Shown: positions 24,836-34,221 of the stretch, one piece after another | How the letters are laid out: the number at the start of each line of letters is the position of its first letter | Numbering within the stretch: the first letter of the stretch is position 1 | Assembly: GCA_964393655.1 (NCBI GenBank) | Contig: CAYMUK010000001.1 | Location: 1-40,003 of the forward strand | DNA length: 40,003 bases | Direction of reading: 5' to 3' | DNA from: an uncultured bacterium | Lineage (GTDB): Bacteria; Deinococcota; Deinococci; Deinococcales; Trueperaceae | Notes under the pieces: model-generated | What the model saw: only the letters and a program-made list of their open reading frames with translations | Databases searched by the model: none | Told to the model about the DNA's origin: nothing | Position numbers and translations under genes: made by a program

Positions 24836-25529
24836 TTGCTTCGTCCAGGAACTGCTGCAGCATCTCCGGGTTCACCGTGATTGGTGCCCGCCGGCGCCGC
24901 ACGGCACCGTACTCCAGCAGCCGTGCCAGGCAGTGGCTGACGGTCTCTCGGGTCGCGCCAATCATCTTGGCCAGGTCCTGCTGCGTCAGGTTCAGGTCTA
25001 TGACCGTTCCCCGCTCGCCGACCGTGCCGAAGTCGTTTGCCAGGCGAAGCAGCAGGTTGGCCAGGCGCCCGGGGGCGTCAAACGCACCCACTTCCGCCTG
25101 CCACTGCTGAGCCTGCCACAGCCTGGTTGACATTATCTGCAGGAATTTCATGGCGATGCGGGGCTGCTGGCTCAGGAGCCGCTGGAAGTCCGACTCCGGC
25201 ATCACGATCAGTTTGGTGTCAACCACGGCTTCCGCCTGGTTGGGCCGCCGTTCCGACGGCAGCAAGAGCAGTTCGCCGAACACGTCGTACTGGCCCAGAA
25301 GGCCCAGGATCATCTCTTTGCCGTTCGGAAAATACATGGAAATCTTGACCATGCCCTCGCGCACGAAATACAGCGCATCAGCCGGATCCTCCATGTGGAA
25401 GATGATCTCGCCAGCCTTGAACTGCTTGTAGGGAGTTATGGCCGCCAGCTGTTCTAGTTCCTCGGCGGACAGGTCCTCGAAGAGCTGGGTGTTCTTGAGG
25501 TGCCAGACGAGGCTTGGATATTCTTGCAT
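24828..25529 (-). CDS. Crp/Fnr-family transcriptional regulator (second copy).
   Basis: LFEDLSAEELEQLA...FKAGEIIFHMEDPADALYFVREGMVKIS...GKEMILGLLGQYDVFGE, plus the HTH LTQQDLAKMIGATRETVSHCLARL. Confidence 0.88.
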   Translation of the reverse strand: MQEYPSLVWHLKNTQLFEDLSAEELEQLAAITPYKQFKAGEIIFHMEDPADALYFVREGMVKISMYFPNGKEMILGLLGQYDVFGELLLLPSERRPNQAEAVVDTKLIVMPESDFQRLLSQQPRIAMKFLQIMSTRLWQAQQWQAEVGAFDAPGRLANLLLRLANDFGTVGERGTVIDLNLTQQDLAKMIGATRETVSHCLARLLEYGAVRRRRAPITVNPEMLQQFLDEASE

Positions 25530-25535
25530 TGGAGC

Positions 25536-26027
25536 TCAGCTTACAACATCAGGCGGAGTGCCCTCCTCCAGTTCCAGCAGAATCTCCCCGCCGTCCTCCG
25601 CCAGAGTGCCGAATGCACCCCAGTCGTCCACACTCGTCTCCTCCTTGTACATCCGCTGGCCCAGCAGGTACGAGGCCCTGGAGATCATGTAGCCGGACAG
25701 CGGCGCTGTCAGGAAGAAGAACGCGAATATCAGCAGGACGCGCTCACTTGCACCCACCGGCTGGAACGCCAGTGCCGCGCCACCGAATATCCCGAGACCA
25801 CCAAGCGCGACGAGCTTGGTGCTGGCGTGCAGCCGTGTGTACACATCCGGGAAGCGCAGCACCCCAATGGCGGAGACAAGGATGAAGAAACAGCCGAACA
25901 GGATCAGCAACTCGGCCCAGATGTTCCCCTCAAGGCTCACCACGTCCGGGAAGGCGGTGACAACCTCCTCCTGGGCCGCGACCAGCGTGCTGAACGCCAG
26001 CAGTGCGGTGACGCGCAGCCACCTCAT
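25536..26027 (-). CDS. mrpG: Mrp/Mnh-type Na+/H+ antiporter subunit G, with N- and C-terminal extensions.
   Basis: GVLRFPDVYTRLHASTK signature. An ATGA overlap links it to mrpF. It is the last gene of the ABCDEFG order. Confidence 0.85.
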   Translation of the reverse strand: MRWLRVTALLAFSTLVAAQEEVVTAFPDVVSLEGNIWAELLILFGCFFILVSAIGVLRFPDVYTRLHASTKLVALGGLGIFGGAALAFQPVGASERVLLIFAFFFLTAPLSGYMISRASYLLGQRMYKEETSVDDWGAFGTLAEDGGEILLELEEGTPPDVVS

Positions 26028-26284
26028 CGCTTCATGCCCCGCGACATGATGTAGCGCGTCAGCGCCACCGTGCTCATGAAGCCCAGAATCGACACGATGA
26101 GTGCGGCGTCCAGGAACGCCAGGAAGCCGGTGCGCATGGCGAGCAGCACAATGAGCACGGCCATGCTGACTCCAAGGAAATCCAGGGCGGCGATCCGGTC
26201 ACCGAGCGTGGGTCCCCTGGCAATCCGGTAGCAGGCCAGGAACAGCGCCACGATAATGCAGGCGAAAGCGATGTCAACGACCAT
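26024..26284 (-). CDS. mrpF: Mrp/Mnh antiporter subunit F.
   Basis: YRIARGPTLGDRIAALD motif; three TM helices; 86 aa. Confidence 0.85.
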   Translation of the reverse strand: MVVDIAFACIIVALFLACYRIARGPTLGDRIAALDFLGVSMAVLIVLLAMRTGFLAFLDAALIVSILGFMSTVALTRYIMSRGMKR

Positions 26285-26305
26285 CGGACAGGTCCCTTTC
26301 CAGGC

Positions 26306-26776
26306 TCATTCCATGAACCCCAGGATCAGTGATTCGATGTGGAGGATACTGCGGCGGTGCGTCTCCGGATCCCGCTGGTTGACGGCGTGACAGTACATGA
26401 AGCGCCGGTCCGAGGAGATGGCCATGGGCACGGTTCCCGGGATGAGCGAGATGGTCAGCCCCAGCAGTGCGATCGCCGCATTCGACTTGACGGTGAGTGG
26501 CACCTGCACGATTTGCGGGTGGAATTTCGGGCGCGGTGAGAGAGCCAGCCGCACGTTCACGAAACCGGAGACGACCATCTCCCTCAGGAACGTGAGCAGG
26601 TAGCGCAGGAAGCCCCTGAGCCGCTGCGGCAGGCCGCGCTTCACGTTGCGCTCCATGACCGAGAGCATCAGCAGGCCCAGCACGGTGCCGAACAGGATGT
26701 TGCCCCAGCTGAGCGCACCGTTAAGGAAGCTCCACAGCAGCGCGACCGCGCCGATCGCAATGATCTCCCCCATCAC
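26306..26776 (-). CDS. mrpE: Mrp/Mnh antiporter subunit E.
   Basis: The position between D and F, the 156-aa size and the two N-terminal TM helices fit MnhE. I recognise no sharp motif. Confidence 0.7.
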   Translation of the reverse strand: MMGEIIAIGAVALLWSFLNGALSWGNILFGTVLGLLMLSVMERNVKRGLPQRLRGFLRYLLTFLREMVVSGFVNVRLALSPRPKFHPQIVQVPLTVKSNAAIALLGLTISLIPGTVPMAISSDRRFMYCHAVNQRDPETHRRSILHIESLILGFME

Positions 26777-28305
26777 TCGCCTCCCAGTGTCGGATTTCCA
26801 TCCGGGAACACCGCGCGCATATAGCCTTCGTTGCCGCCGGTCAGTTGCCCGGCCACATCGCCCGCCACCGCGAACACCTGGCCACTCACGAACGGCAGCG
26901 CTGCAACGAGCAGGACGGCCACCACAGTGATGGCCACCATCGGGCCGGGCAGCTCGGCCTTGCGCAGCCGTCCCGGATCACCCCAGAAGTAGCCGGTCCA
27001 GATCTGAACGCCCGCGTACAGCAGGATTATGCCCGACAGGATCACGGCTGTTGCCGCCGCTGTCCCCAGCCAGCCGTTCTGTGAGAAGAGTGCCCCGGCC
27101 ACAGCGAACTTGCCGATGAAGCCGCTGGTGGGCGGCCAGCCGGCCGTGGCCATCATCACGATGAAGAAGCCCACACCCAGCCAGGGATAGAGCGCCAGGT
27201 GGCCCTCCTTGAGCGTGTTCGGACCGGAGAGTCGTTCTGCCAGCGCGGCAATCAGGAACAGCGCGAACACCACGAGCACCGAATTGATCAGGTAGTAGAT
27301 GGACGCGGTGAGGCCGGCCTCTGTGCGCGACATGGCGGCGATCACCACCACCGCGATACTGGCGACGTTGACGAACGACATAATGTGCCGCCACCGGTGG
27401 CGCGCCACTGCCCCCAGGGCGCCTGCAAGCAGGGTGAGTGCCGCCAGGCCCATTATCAGCTGCTGCGCCAGGATTTCCTCGGGGAACATCAGCGTGAACA
27501 GCCGGATGAGCGCGTAGGCCCCGACCTTCGTGAGCATCGCCGCGAAGAAGGCGCTGGCGGCGGACATCGGCACCGGGTAACTGTTAGGCAGCCAGAAGCC
27601 GAACGGGAAGATGGCACTCTTGGTGGCGAAGACCAGGGCCAGCATCATCGCCAGTGCCGTGATGCGGGCGTCCGGCCCGTGAAGCGCGACGCGCTGCGCG
27701 ATGTCGGCCATGTTCAGCGTTCCGAAGAGCCCGTACGCCATGCCGGCCGCGCCGACAAGCAGGGTCGAGGACACCAGGTTGATGACCACGTACTTGAGGC
27801 CCTCGCGGAGCTGCGGCAGTTCGCCGCCCAGCAGCAGCAGGCCGTATGACGAGATGAGCATGACCTCGAAGGCCACGAACAGGTTGAAGACGTCTCCCGT
27901 CACGAATGACAGGTTCACGCCCATGAACAGGAACTGGAACAGTGCCTGGGCACCGAAGAGTTCCCTGGCACGGTTCAGCAGGCTGCCGTAGCCCCGCCGG
28001 GGGCCGGCGTGCAGGCTGGCATCCACGAAGAACACCGTGAGCAGGCCGGCTGTGCTGGAAAGCAGCAGGAGAATGGCACTCAGCCCGTCTGCCACAAGGG
28101 TGATGCCGAACGGAGCCTCCCAGCCGGCCATCTGCAGCGCCACGGGTCCGGAGCCGAACACCTGGACTGCCAGGATTATGTTCGCAGCCAGAGTTGCCAG
28201 GGAGATGGCGACGGCGACCAAGAAGCGAGGCCTGGGCTTGCGCAGCAGCATGAGCAGCGCGCCACCGAACAGGGGCAGTAGCACCGGCAGGAGCAGCAGG
28301 CTCAT
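26773..28305 (-). CDS. mrpD: Mrp/Mnh antiporter subunit D (ND4/NuoM-like).
   Basis: 510-aa polytopic protein with FVAFEVMLISSYGLLLLGG and the proton-pump-type TM pattern. It overlaps C and E by 4 nt each. Confidence 0.88.
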   Translation of the reverse strand: MSLLLLPVLLPLFGGALLMLLRKPRPRFLVAVAISLATLAANIILAVQVFGSGPVALQMAGWEAPFGITLVADGLSAILLLLSSTAGLLTVFFVDASLHAGPRRGYGSLLNRARELFGAQALFQFLFMGVNLSFVTGDVFNLFVAFEVMLISSYGLLLLGGELPQLREGLKYVVINLVSSTLLVGAAGMAYGLFGTLNMADIAQRVALHGPDARITALAMMLALVFATKSAIFPFGFWLPNSYPVPMSAASAFFAAMLTKVGAYALIRLFTLMFPEEILAQQLIMGLAALTLLAGALGAVARHRWRHIMSFVNVASIAVVVIAAMSRTEAGLTASIYYLINSVLVVFALFLIAALAERLSGPNTLKEGHLALYPWLGVGFFIVMMATAGWPPTSGFIGKFAVAGALFSQNGWLGTAAATAVILSGIILLYAGVQIWTGYFWGDPGRLRKAELPGPMVAITVVAVLLVAALPFVSGQVFAVAGDVAGQLTGGNEGYMRAVFPDGNPTLGGE

Positions 28306-28787
28306 TCGGCGCTCCAGTCGATGTTCTCGGGCCTGAGCATCCGGCCGCGTTCCTCGGCCTCGATCTCGCGGTCGGAAAGGTCACCGGGTGAACCAGCCTC
28401 TGGCGAGACGGAGGGCTGCTCGGGATCCGCGTACTCGAGGGGCGGCAGCACCGGATCGGGCCGTTCCGCCATCTCCTGCACATTGTCGGTATGCGTCGCC
28501 TGGTACGCCTTGAGGGCGACGACCAGGAGCAGGGCGGTGGTGCCGAAACCGATGACGATTGCGGTCAGGATGAGGGCCTGGGGCACCGGGTCGTTGTGGG
28601 GGCCGGGCAGGTTCAGCAGCGGCGGGCTGAACTGGGCGAAGCCGCTGCCGGCGAACAGGATGCTCAGGTTGATGCCGTAGGAAATCAGGCTGACGCCCAC
28701 GATCATCCTGATCAGTGCGCGCGCCAGCAGCATGTAAACGCCGGCACCGACCAGCAGGCCGATGAGGAGGGGAATCACATATTCCAT
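28302..28787 (-). CDS. mrpC: Mrp/Mnh antiporter subunit C (NuoK-like), with an acidic C-terminal extension of about 55 aa.
   Basis: MEYVIPLLIGLLVGAGVYMLLARALIRMIVGVSLISYGINLSILFAG... The start at ATG 28787 is 1 nt after the mrpB stop. The 221-aa track ORF is an upstream artefact overlapping mrpB. Confidence 0.82.
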   Translation of the reverse strand: MEYVIPLLIGLLVGAGVYMLLARALIRMIVGVSLISYGINLSILFAGSGFAQFSPPLLNLPGPHNDPVPQALILTAIVIGFGTTALLLVVALKAYQATHTDNVQEMAERPDPVLPPLEYADPEQPSVSPEAGSPGDLSDREIEAEERGRMLRPENIDWSAE

Positions 28788-28788
28788 C

Positions 28789-29286
28789 TCAGTCTTCCTC
28801 CCCTTCGCGCACCCGGTCGGCATCCTCATCCGCCAGGTCGCTGCCGGATTCCTGGTCAAGCCCGAGGCGTGCCAGCTCGCTGTCGTCAGCCAGCAGGTCG
28901 ATGATCGTGATGGTGGTGCCGATGACGACCATGAAGACGCCCGCGTCGAACGCCATGGCAGTGGCAAGTTCCACCGGCCCGAACAGCGGCAGGTCGACGT
29001 AGCCGTGCCAGCCCTTCAGGAACGGTTGCCCGAACAGCATCGGCACGACGCCTGTCGCCAAGGCAATCAGCAGTCCGAGCGGCATCAGCACCCGCGGCCT
29101 GACCAGCAGCAGCCCGCGCTGTGCCGCCATGCGCGTCAGCAGCGCAGCCACGGCCACGATCAGGCCGGCGATGAAGCCACCACCAGGGGCGTTGTGGCCC
29201 CGCAGGAAGAAGTGCACGCCAAGCGCCACCAGCGCGAAGACGATGGGCGTGGACAGCGTCCGGAAGAAAATCTCCGCCTGGTTCAC
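28789..29286 (-). CDS. mrpB: Mrp/Mnh antiporter subunit B.
   Basis: RGHNAPGGGFIAGLI MnhB signature; 165 aa with an acidic tail. Confidence 0.85.
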   Translation of the reverse strand: MNQAEIFFRTLSTPIVFALVALGVHFFLRGHNAPGGGFIAGLIVAVAALLTRMAAQRGLLLVRPRVLMPLGLLIALATGVVPMLFGQPFLKGWHGYVDLPLFGPVELATAMAFDAGVFMVVIGTTITIIDLLADDSELARLGLDQESGSDLADEDADRVREGEED

Positions 29287-31589
29287 TGGTTCTCCTCTTC
29301 CAGGCTCTTGGTCTCGGGGGTGCCGGGTGGTTTGGCCCGCAGGCGTAGCAGTGCGTAGATGGCCACTGCCACCACGGTCAGCACCGTAACTTCACCCAGG
29401 GTGTCGAAGCCACGGAAGTCAACGAGCATGACGTTCACGACGTTGTCTCCGCCCGCCAGGCTCTTGCTGAAGGTCAGGTAGAAATCCATCAGGCGGTCGC
29501 CGATTGGCGTCTGCACGGCCAGGAGCAGCAGCGTGACCGACAGGCCCACGCCGATGCCCAGGGCAGCGTCGATGCCTGCCACAAGGGCCGGGCGACTGTA
29601 GCGCTTGAGCCTGGGCAGGAAGCGGAAGCCCGACAGGAACAGGATTATGGTGACCGTCTCGATGAGCAGCTGGGTCAGCGCCAGGTCCGGCGCGCGGAAC
29701 AGCACGTAGATGAGCGTCGTTCCCAGTCCGATCATGCTCATGAACACCAGGATTGTTATTCGCGACCTGGCCGAGACCATGCCGAAAGCTCCGACCGCGC
29801 TCAGGACCAGCGCGACGATCAACGCGGGTGAGACGGCAGTGATCTCTGCCGGCAGGTAGCTGAAGCCAAGGCTCAGGCCGATCAGCGCTGCGGGGATGAG
29901 AATCAGTCTCAGGTGGGTCGCGAAACTGGCGCCCTGGGTGCTGCGCGTGAACCGTTCCGCCAGTTCCACCAGTCCGCGGACCAGCCCGTAATACACGGTG
30001 TTGGCGTTCCAGCGTGGGGTGACAAGGCTCTGGAAGCGTCTCAGCGGTTCGCTGAACGCGAACAGGAGACTGCCGCCGACCCAGCCGCCGATGCTCAGGT
30101 ACAACGCTGGCGTCCAGCCGTGCCAGAGAGTCAGTGCCACCAGTTCGTAGCCGAAATAGGGTTGCGCCAGCCTGGTGAAGAACGAGGCGATGGTGTTCTC
30201 CCAGGGAAGGACACCGAAGGCCACGACGGCTAGGGCCAGCGGCAGGATCGGCAGCAGCAGGGATGGTTTGGGCGACCGGAACTCCTCGCGGTTCGGCAGG
30301 CGCAGCGGGCCGAAGAAGACCCGGGCGAAGCGGCAGGTGTAGGCGAACGTGAAGGCGCTGCCCACAACAGCGATGGCCAGGGCCACGTTGCCCTGTTCCA
30401 GCATGTTGCCGATGAACAGTTCCTTGCTGATGAAGCCGCCCATCGGCGGCACTCCAGCCATCGAGATGCCCGCGACGATGGCCATGACCGCGGTCAGCGG
30501 CAGGATGCGGCCCAGCCCGGAGAGGATGCGGACGTCACGCGATCCCGTCTGGTGATCGATGACACCCACGACCATGAACAGCGCGGCCTTGAACACGGCA
30601 TGGTTGATCAGGTGAACAGTCGCTGAGAAGGTGTCACCCGCGCCGAGCAGCGCAGTCAGCAGACCCAGCTGCGAGACTGTGGAGTAGGCGAGGAGGGCTT
30701 TCAGGTCCGACTGCCGCATCGCCAGCCAGCCGCCGAAGAGCATGGTGGCCAGGCCCACGTACATGGTCACTTCGCCGAACGTGGTGCCCGCCAGGACCGG
30801 ATTGAACTTGGCCATGATGATGATGCCGGCCTTGACCATCGTGGCGCTGTGGAGGTACGCGGACACGGGCGTCGGCGCCTCCATCGCGGTGGGCAGCCAC
30901 AGGTGGAACGGCAGTTGCGCCGACTTGGTGAAGGCCGCCAGCAGCAGCAGACTGGCTATCCACGGGAAGTTGTCACTGGCCAGGAGCTGAGCGTAATCGA
31001 TCTCCGACATGGTCCAGGTGCCGGCGGTCAGGCCGGTGAGGATCATGGCTGCCATGAGCGCCATGCCACCGAAAGCGGTTACCAGCAGGGCCTTGAGCGC
31101 CCCATCCTGGGAAGCCTTGCGGCTGTCCCAGAAGCCGATCAGCAGGAAGGAGCAGATCGAGGTGACTTCCCAGAACGCGAACAGTGCGATCAGGTTGTCA
31201 GTGAGCACCAGGCCGAGCATCGCTCCGCCGAACAGCAGCAGGTAGCTGTAGAAGCGGCCGGCGCGTTCCCCCTTGCCCAGGTAACTGGCGGCGTAGAACA
31301 TGACCAGGAAGCCGATTCCGGCGACAATGATCGCGAACAGTATGGCGAAACCGTCGAGGGCGAAGGCCAGGTCCAGCCCAAGCCCGGGAACCCAGCCAAA
31401 GCTGCCCCGGACCGGATCGCCGGCAATGGCCTGCGGCGCGAAACTGACGAGCAGCAGCGCAGGCAGGAAAGCGAAGGCGAGGATGCGACCGGCGGCGGCC
31501 CCCATGGCGATTCCCAGGTAGATGGCGGGAATCGCCAGCACGAAGGGCAGTGCCACCGCCAGGGGCAGCAACCAGTCCGCAACATTCAT
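29283..31589 (-). CDS. mrpA: Mrp/Mnh antiporter subunit A (ND5/NuoL-like with a C-terminal MnhB-like domain).
   Basis: 768-aa polytopic protein with FWEVTSICSFLLIGFW, HSATMVKAGI and HAVFKAALFM motifs. Confidence 0.9.
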   Translation of the reverse strand: MNVADWLLPLAVALPFVLAIPAIYLGIAMGAAAGRILAFAFLPALLLVSFAPQAIAGDPVRGSFGWVPGLGLDLAFALDGFAILFAIIVAGIGFLVMFYAASYLGKGERAGRFYSYLLLFGGAMLGLVLTDNLIALFAFWEVTSICSFLLIGFWDSRKASQDGALKALLVTAFGGMALMAAMILTGLTAGTWTMSEIDYAQLLASDNFPWIASLLLLAAFTKSAQLPFHLWLPTAMEAPTPVSAYLHSATMVKAGIIIMAKFNPVLAGTTFGEVTMYVGLATMLFGGWLAMRQSDLKALLAYSTVSQLGLLTALLGAGDTFSATVHLINHAVFKAALFMVVGVIDHQTGSRDVRILSGLGRILPLTAVMAIVAGISMAGVPPMGGFISKELFIGNMLEQGNVALAIAVVGSAFTFAYTCRFARVFFGPLRLPNREEFRSPKPSLLLPILPLALAVVAFGVLPWENTIASFFTRLAQPYFGYELVALTLWHGWTPALYLSIGGWVGGSLLFAFSEPLRRFQSLVTPRWNANTVYYGLVRGLVELAERFTRSTQGASFATHLRLILIPAALIGLSLGFSYLPAEITAVSPALIVALVLSAVGAFGMVSARSRITILVFMSMIGLGTTLIYVLFRAPDLALTQLLIETVTIILFLSGFRFLPRLKRYSRPALVAGIDAALGIGVGLSVTLLLLAVQTPIGDRLMDFYLTFSKSLAGGDNVVNVMLVDFRGFDTLGEVTVLTVVAVAIYALLRLRAKPPGTPETKSLEEENQ

Positions 31590-31608
31590 GCGGGCCAGCC
31601 AGCCGGAT

Positions 31609-32595
31609 TCACGGCGCCGTGCTCCGGGCCTGTATCAGGGCAATGAGTTCCAGGTAGCTGTCCAGCCGGTTCCAGCCGGCGACCTGGAATCCGTCCACGA
31701 ACACGCTGGGGGTGCCGTTCAGACCGAGCTGCTGCACCGCGTGGTCGGCCGAGTCCATTATGTATGCCAGGTGCTCGCGCTCTGAAAGGCACTCCGCGAC
31801 GCCGTCTGTGTTGAGCTCCAGTTCCTCTGCCAGGGAGATGAAGTATGGTCCCGTTTCAGGCAGCTGCTGCCAGGCCTGCATGCGTTCGAACACGTGTTCG
31901 CTGTACACCCAGAAGCTGCCGGGTTCGTTCGCGGCGACCACGCACTCAGTCGCCTCGGCGGCCGGGACGGCGTTCGCGTGAATGGTGACCAGCGGCAGAT
32001 GGTGGAACTCGAGCCTGATACCCTCGTCCTCTTCCAGCAGTTCCGAAAGCTGCGGCAACACCGTCAGCGCGAAGGTGCTGCAGTGCGGGCACTGCAGGTC
32101 GGCGAATTCGCGGATTACCACCCGGGCGGAGTCGGCGTCTGCGCCCAGGGCGTGCCGGGCGGGCGGGAAGAGCGCGGGATCCAGCTCACGCAGCCCGAAG
32201 CTCCAGCTGATGAGCGTGGCACCTGCGTCATCCTGCTCAAGGTCCAGCTCCAGCAGGTAACTGCCTTCGACCGGCACAACCGCAGCTTCTGCCTGGATGA
32301 GTCCTTCAAGGTTGGCTTCCAGGAAGCCGGCGACGGGCCCGGAGATCTGTTCCCGGAACCCGGTGGCGAAACCGACGGCTTCGCCCAGCAGTTCGAAGTT
32401 CTGGCCGCCTGCGGTGAATTCCCCGCCGAGCGAAAAGAGCAGGTCGTCGTAGATGACAGTGTCCAGGCTGAACTCCTCAGCCGACAGCAAACCCGCCTCG
32501 TCCATCGCGTCAATGGTCGCCTGCGCGGGCAGACCGATTCGGGCGAAGCTGATGGCGCTGAGCAGCAGCAGCAGGGTGACTGCGGGGATTCTCAT
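31609..32595 (-). CDS. Secreted DsbA-family thiol:disulfide oxidoreductase with an extra N-terminal domain of about 150 aa.
   Basis: Signal peptide MRIPAVTLLLLLSAISFA. The thioredoxin-fold active site is EFADLQCPHCSTF, with a later GTPSVFVDG cis-Pro loop. An ATGA overlap links it to the upstream M32 gene. Confidence 0.8.
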   Translation of the reverse strand: MRIPAVTLLLLLSAISFARIGLPAQATIDAMDEAGLLSAEEFSLDTVIYDDLLFSLGGEFTAGGQNFELLGEAVGFATGFREQISGPVAGFLEANLEGLIQAEAAVVPVEGSYLLELDLEQDDAGATLISWSFGLRELDPALFPPARHALGADADSARVVIREFADLQCPHCSTFALTVLPQLSELLEEDEGIRLEFHHLPLVTIHANAVPAAEATECVVAANEPGSFWVYSEHVFERMQAWQQLPETGPYFISLAEELELNTDGVAECLSEREHLAYIMDSADHAVQQLGLNGTPSVFVDGFQVAGWNRLDSYLELIALIQARSTAP

Positions 32596-34136
32596 TGGTT
32601 TTCCTCTCCAGTCGCCGCGTCGAAGCCGTACAGCCTGCCGTATTTGTCCTGCAGGTAGGCGACGTAGGGGGCGGCGTCAAGGCTGCGGCCGGTGGCTTCC
32701 AGCAGCAGTTCGCCCGGCTCCAGGCTGCTGCCGTGGCGATGCACTTTGTCACGCAGCCAGGTGAAGAGCTGGCTGAAGTCACCGGTTCGAACCTGTTCAT
32801 CAAGTCCCGGGTTGCTTCTGCGGTGCGCGTCGAGCAGTTGCACGCTCATGAGGTTGCCCAGCGTGTAAGTCGGGAAGTAGCCAAGCAGGCCGATTGACCA
32901 GTGGACATCCTGCAGGCAGCCCTCGGTATCGCTGCCCGGCGTGATGCCCAGGTAGTCACGGTAGAGGCCGTTCCATGCCTCCGGGAGGTCGGCTGGCGCC
33001 AAGCTGCCCTCCAGCAGGGCCAGTTCCAGCTCGAAGCGGATCATGATGTGCAGATTGTAGGTGACCTCGTCCGCTTCCACCCGGATCAGGCTTGGCGTGA
33101 CGACGTTGACGGCCCGGTGGAGCTCCTGGTGGCTCGCGCCCGCCAGCGTGTCGGCGAACAGCTCGCTGAAACGGGGCCACGCGAACTCCCAGAACTCTGC
33201 GGACCGGCCAATCAGGTTCTCCCAGAGCCTGCTCTGACTCTCGTGAACTGCCAGGCTGGCGGCTCCCCCCAGAGCGCTGCGGGAGAATTCGTCCGCGATT
33301 CCCTGTTCGTAGATGCCGTGTCCAGCCTCATGGAGAATCCCGAAGATGGCGGTGGAGATGAAGTTCCGGTCATAACGCGTGGTGATGCGCACATCCCGGT
33401 TGCCGATGCTGGTGGCGAACGGATGGACCGCCCGGTCGAGCCGGCCGCGACTGAAGTCAAAGCCGAACCTGCCCGCGATCTCGCGCCCGAACTGCTCCTG
33501 GCCAGCCTCCGGCCAGTCTCGGTGCAGCAGGGAGGAATCCGGCTCAACGCCGCTGTTCCTGATGCGCGCAAGCAAGTCCCTGGTCGCGTCACGCAGCGGG
33601 CCGAACACTGCCTTGATACCGGCCGTCGTCGAGCCGGGTTCGTATTCATCGTGGAGCGCGTCGTAGGGATGATCGGAATAGCCCAGGTGCCCGGCCTTCC
33701 TTTTCAGCAGCTCCATGGATTTTTCAAGGGCCGGCAGGAACAGGGCGAAGTCATTGTTCTGCCGTGCCTGCACCCAGAGTTGCTGTCCTTCCGCCTCGTT
33801 CCGGCTCAGGTCCTCGACCAGCCTGGCTGGCAGCTTCGTCCAGCGGTCGTACAGGCGCCTGGACTTGCGCACCTCGGCTGCCTCCCGGGCCGTGAGCCGG
33901 TCCACATTGTCCTCGAGCCGCCTGAGCAGCCCGTCGTTTTGCGGATCGGTGAGTTTCTCGTGGTAGAGGCCCGCAAGTGAGGCGGCTTGCTGTGCGCGGT
34001 GCTGGTTGGCAGCAGCCGGCATCATGGTCTGCTGGTCCCAGGAAAGCAGCGAACTGGCCTGGCTCAGGTCAGCAACCAGTCCGAAGCGTTCGCGGAATTC
34101 GTGCAGGTATTGCCGTAAGTCGTCAGCTGAAAGCAT
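32592..34136 (-). CDS. M32 carboxypeptidase (carboxypeptidase Taq family).
   Basis: HEAGHGIYEQG (HExxH), HPFATSIGNRDVRITTRY, ESQSRLWEN and IRVEADEVTYNLHI motifs. ATG 34136, with a GGAGAG SD, is preferred over the GTG at 34178. Confidence 0.9.
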   Translation of the reverse strand: MLSADDLRQYLHEFRERFGLVADLSQASSLLSWDQQTMMPAAANQHRAQQAASLAGLYHEKLTDPQNDGLLRRLEDNVDRLTAREAAEVRKSRRLYDRWTKLPARLVEDLSRNEAEGQQLWVQARQNNDFALFLPALEKSMELLKRKAGHLGYSDHPYDALHDEYEPGSTTAGIKAVFGPLRDATRDLLARIRNSGVEPDSSLLHRDWPEAGQEQFGREIAGRFGFDFSRGRLDRAVHPFATSIGNRDVRITTRYDRNFISTAIFGILHEAGHGIYEQGIADEFSRSALGGAASLAVHESQSRLWENLIGRSAEFWEFAWPRFSELFADTLAGASHQELHRAVNVVTPSLIRVEADEVTYNLHIMIRFELELALLEGSLAPADLPEAWNGLYRDYLGITPGSDTEGCLQDVHWSIGLLGYFPTYTLGNLMSVQLLDAHRRSNPGLDEQVRTGDFSQLFTWLRDKVHRHGSSLEPGELLLEATGRSLDAAPYVAYLQDKYGRLYGFDAATGEENQ

Positions 34137-34221
34137 GTCAGGTAACTCTCCTGCGGGCAATTGTAACGTGCCCTGCACGCGGTTCCGTACCGCAGGAAGC
34201 AGGTTGTGGGCGCTTTGTGCC

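Noticed and set aside
27584-28483. 299-aa alternative-frame ORF on the same strand as mrpD/mrpC.
   Set aside because: It is an Arg/Pro/Ala-rich out-of-frame product. The mrpD and mrpC frames give coherent polytopic membrane proteins.
28788-28967. Upstream 60-codon extension of the mrpC ORF (the track start at 28967).
   Set aside because: The extension overlaps mrpB in another frame and translates to W/S/R-rich sequence. ATG 28787 begins directly with the first TM helix, 1 nt after the mrpB stop.
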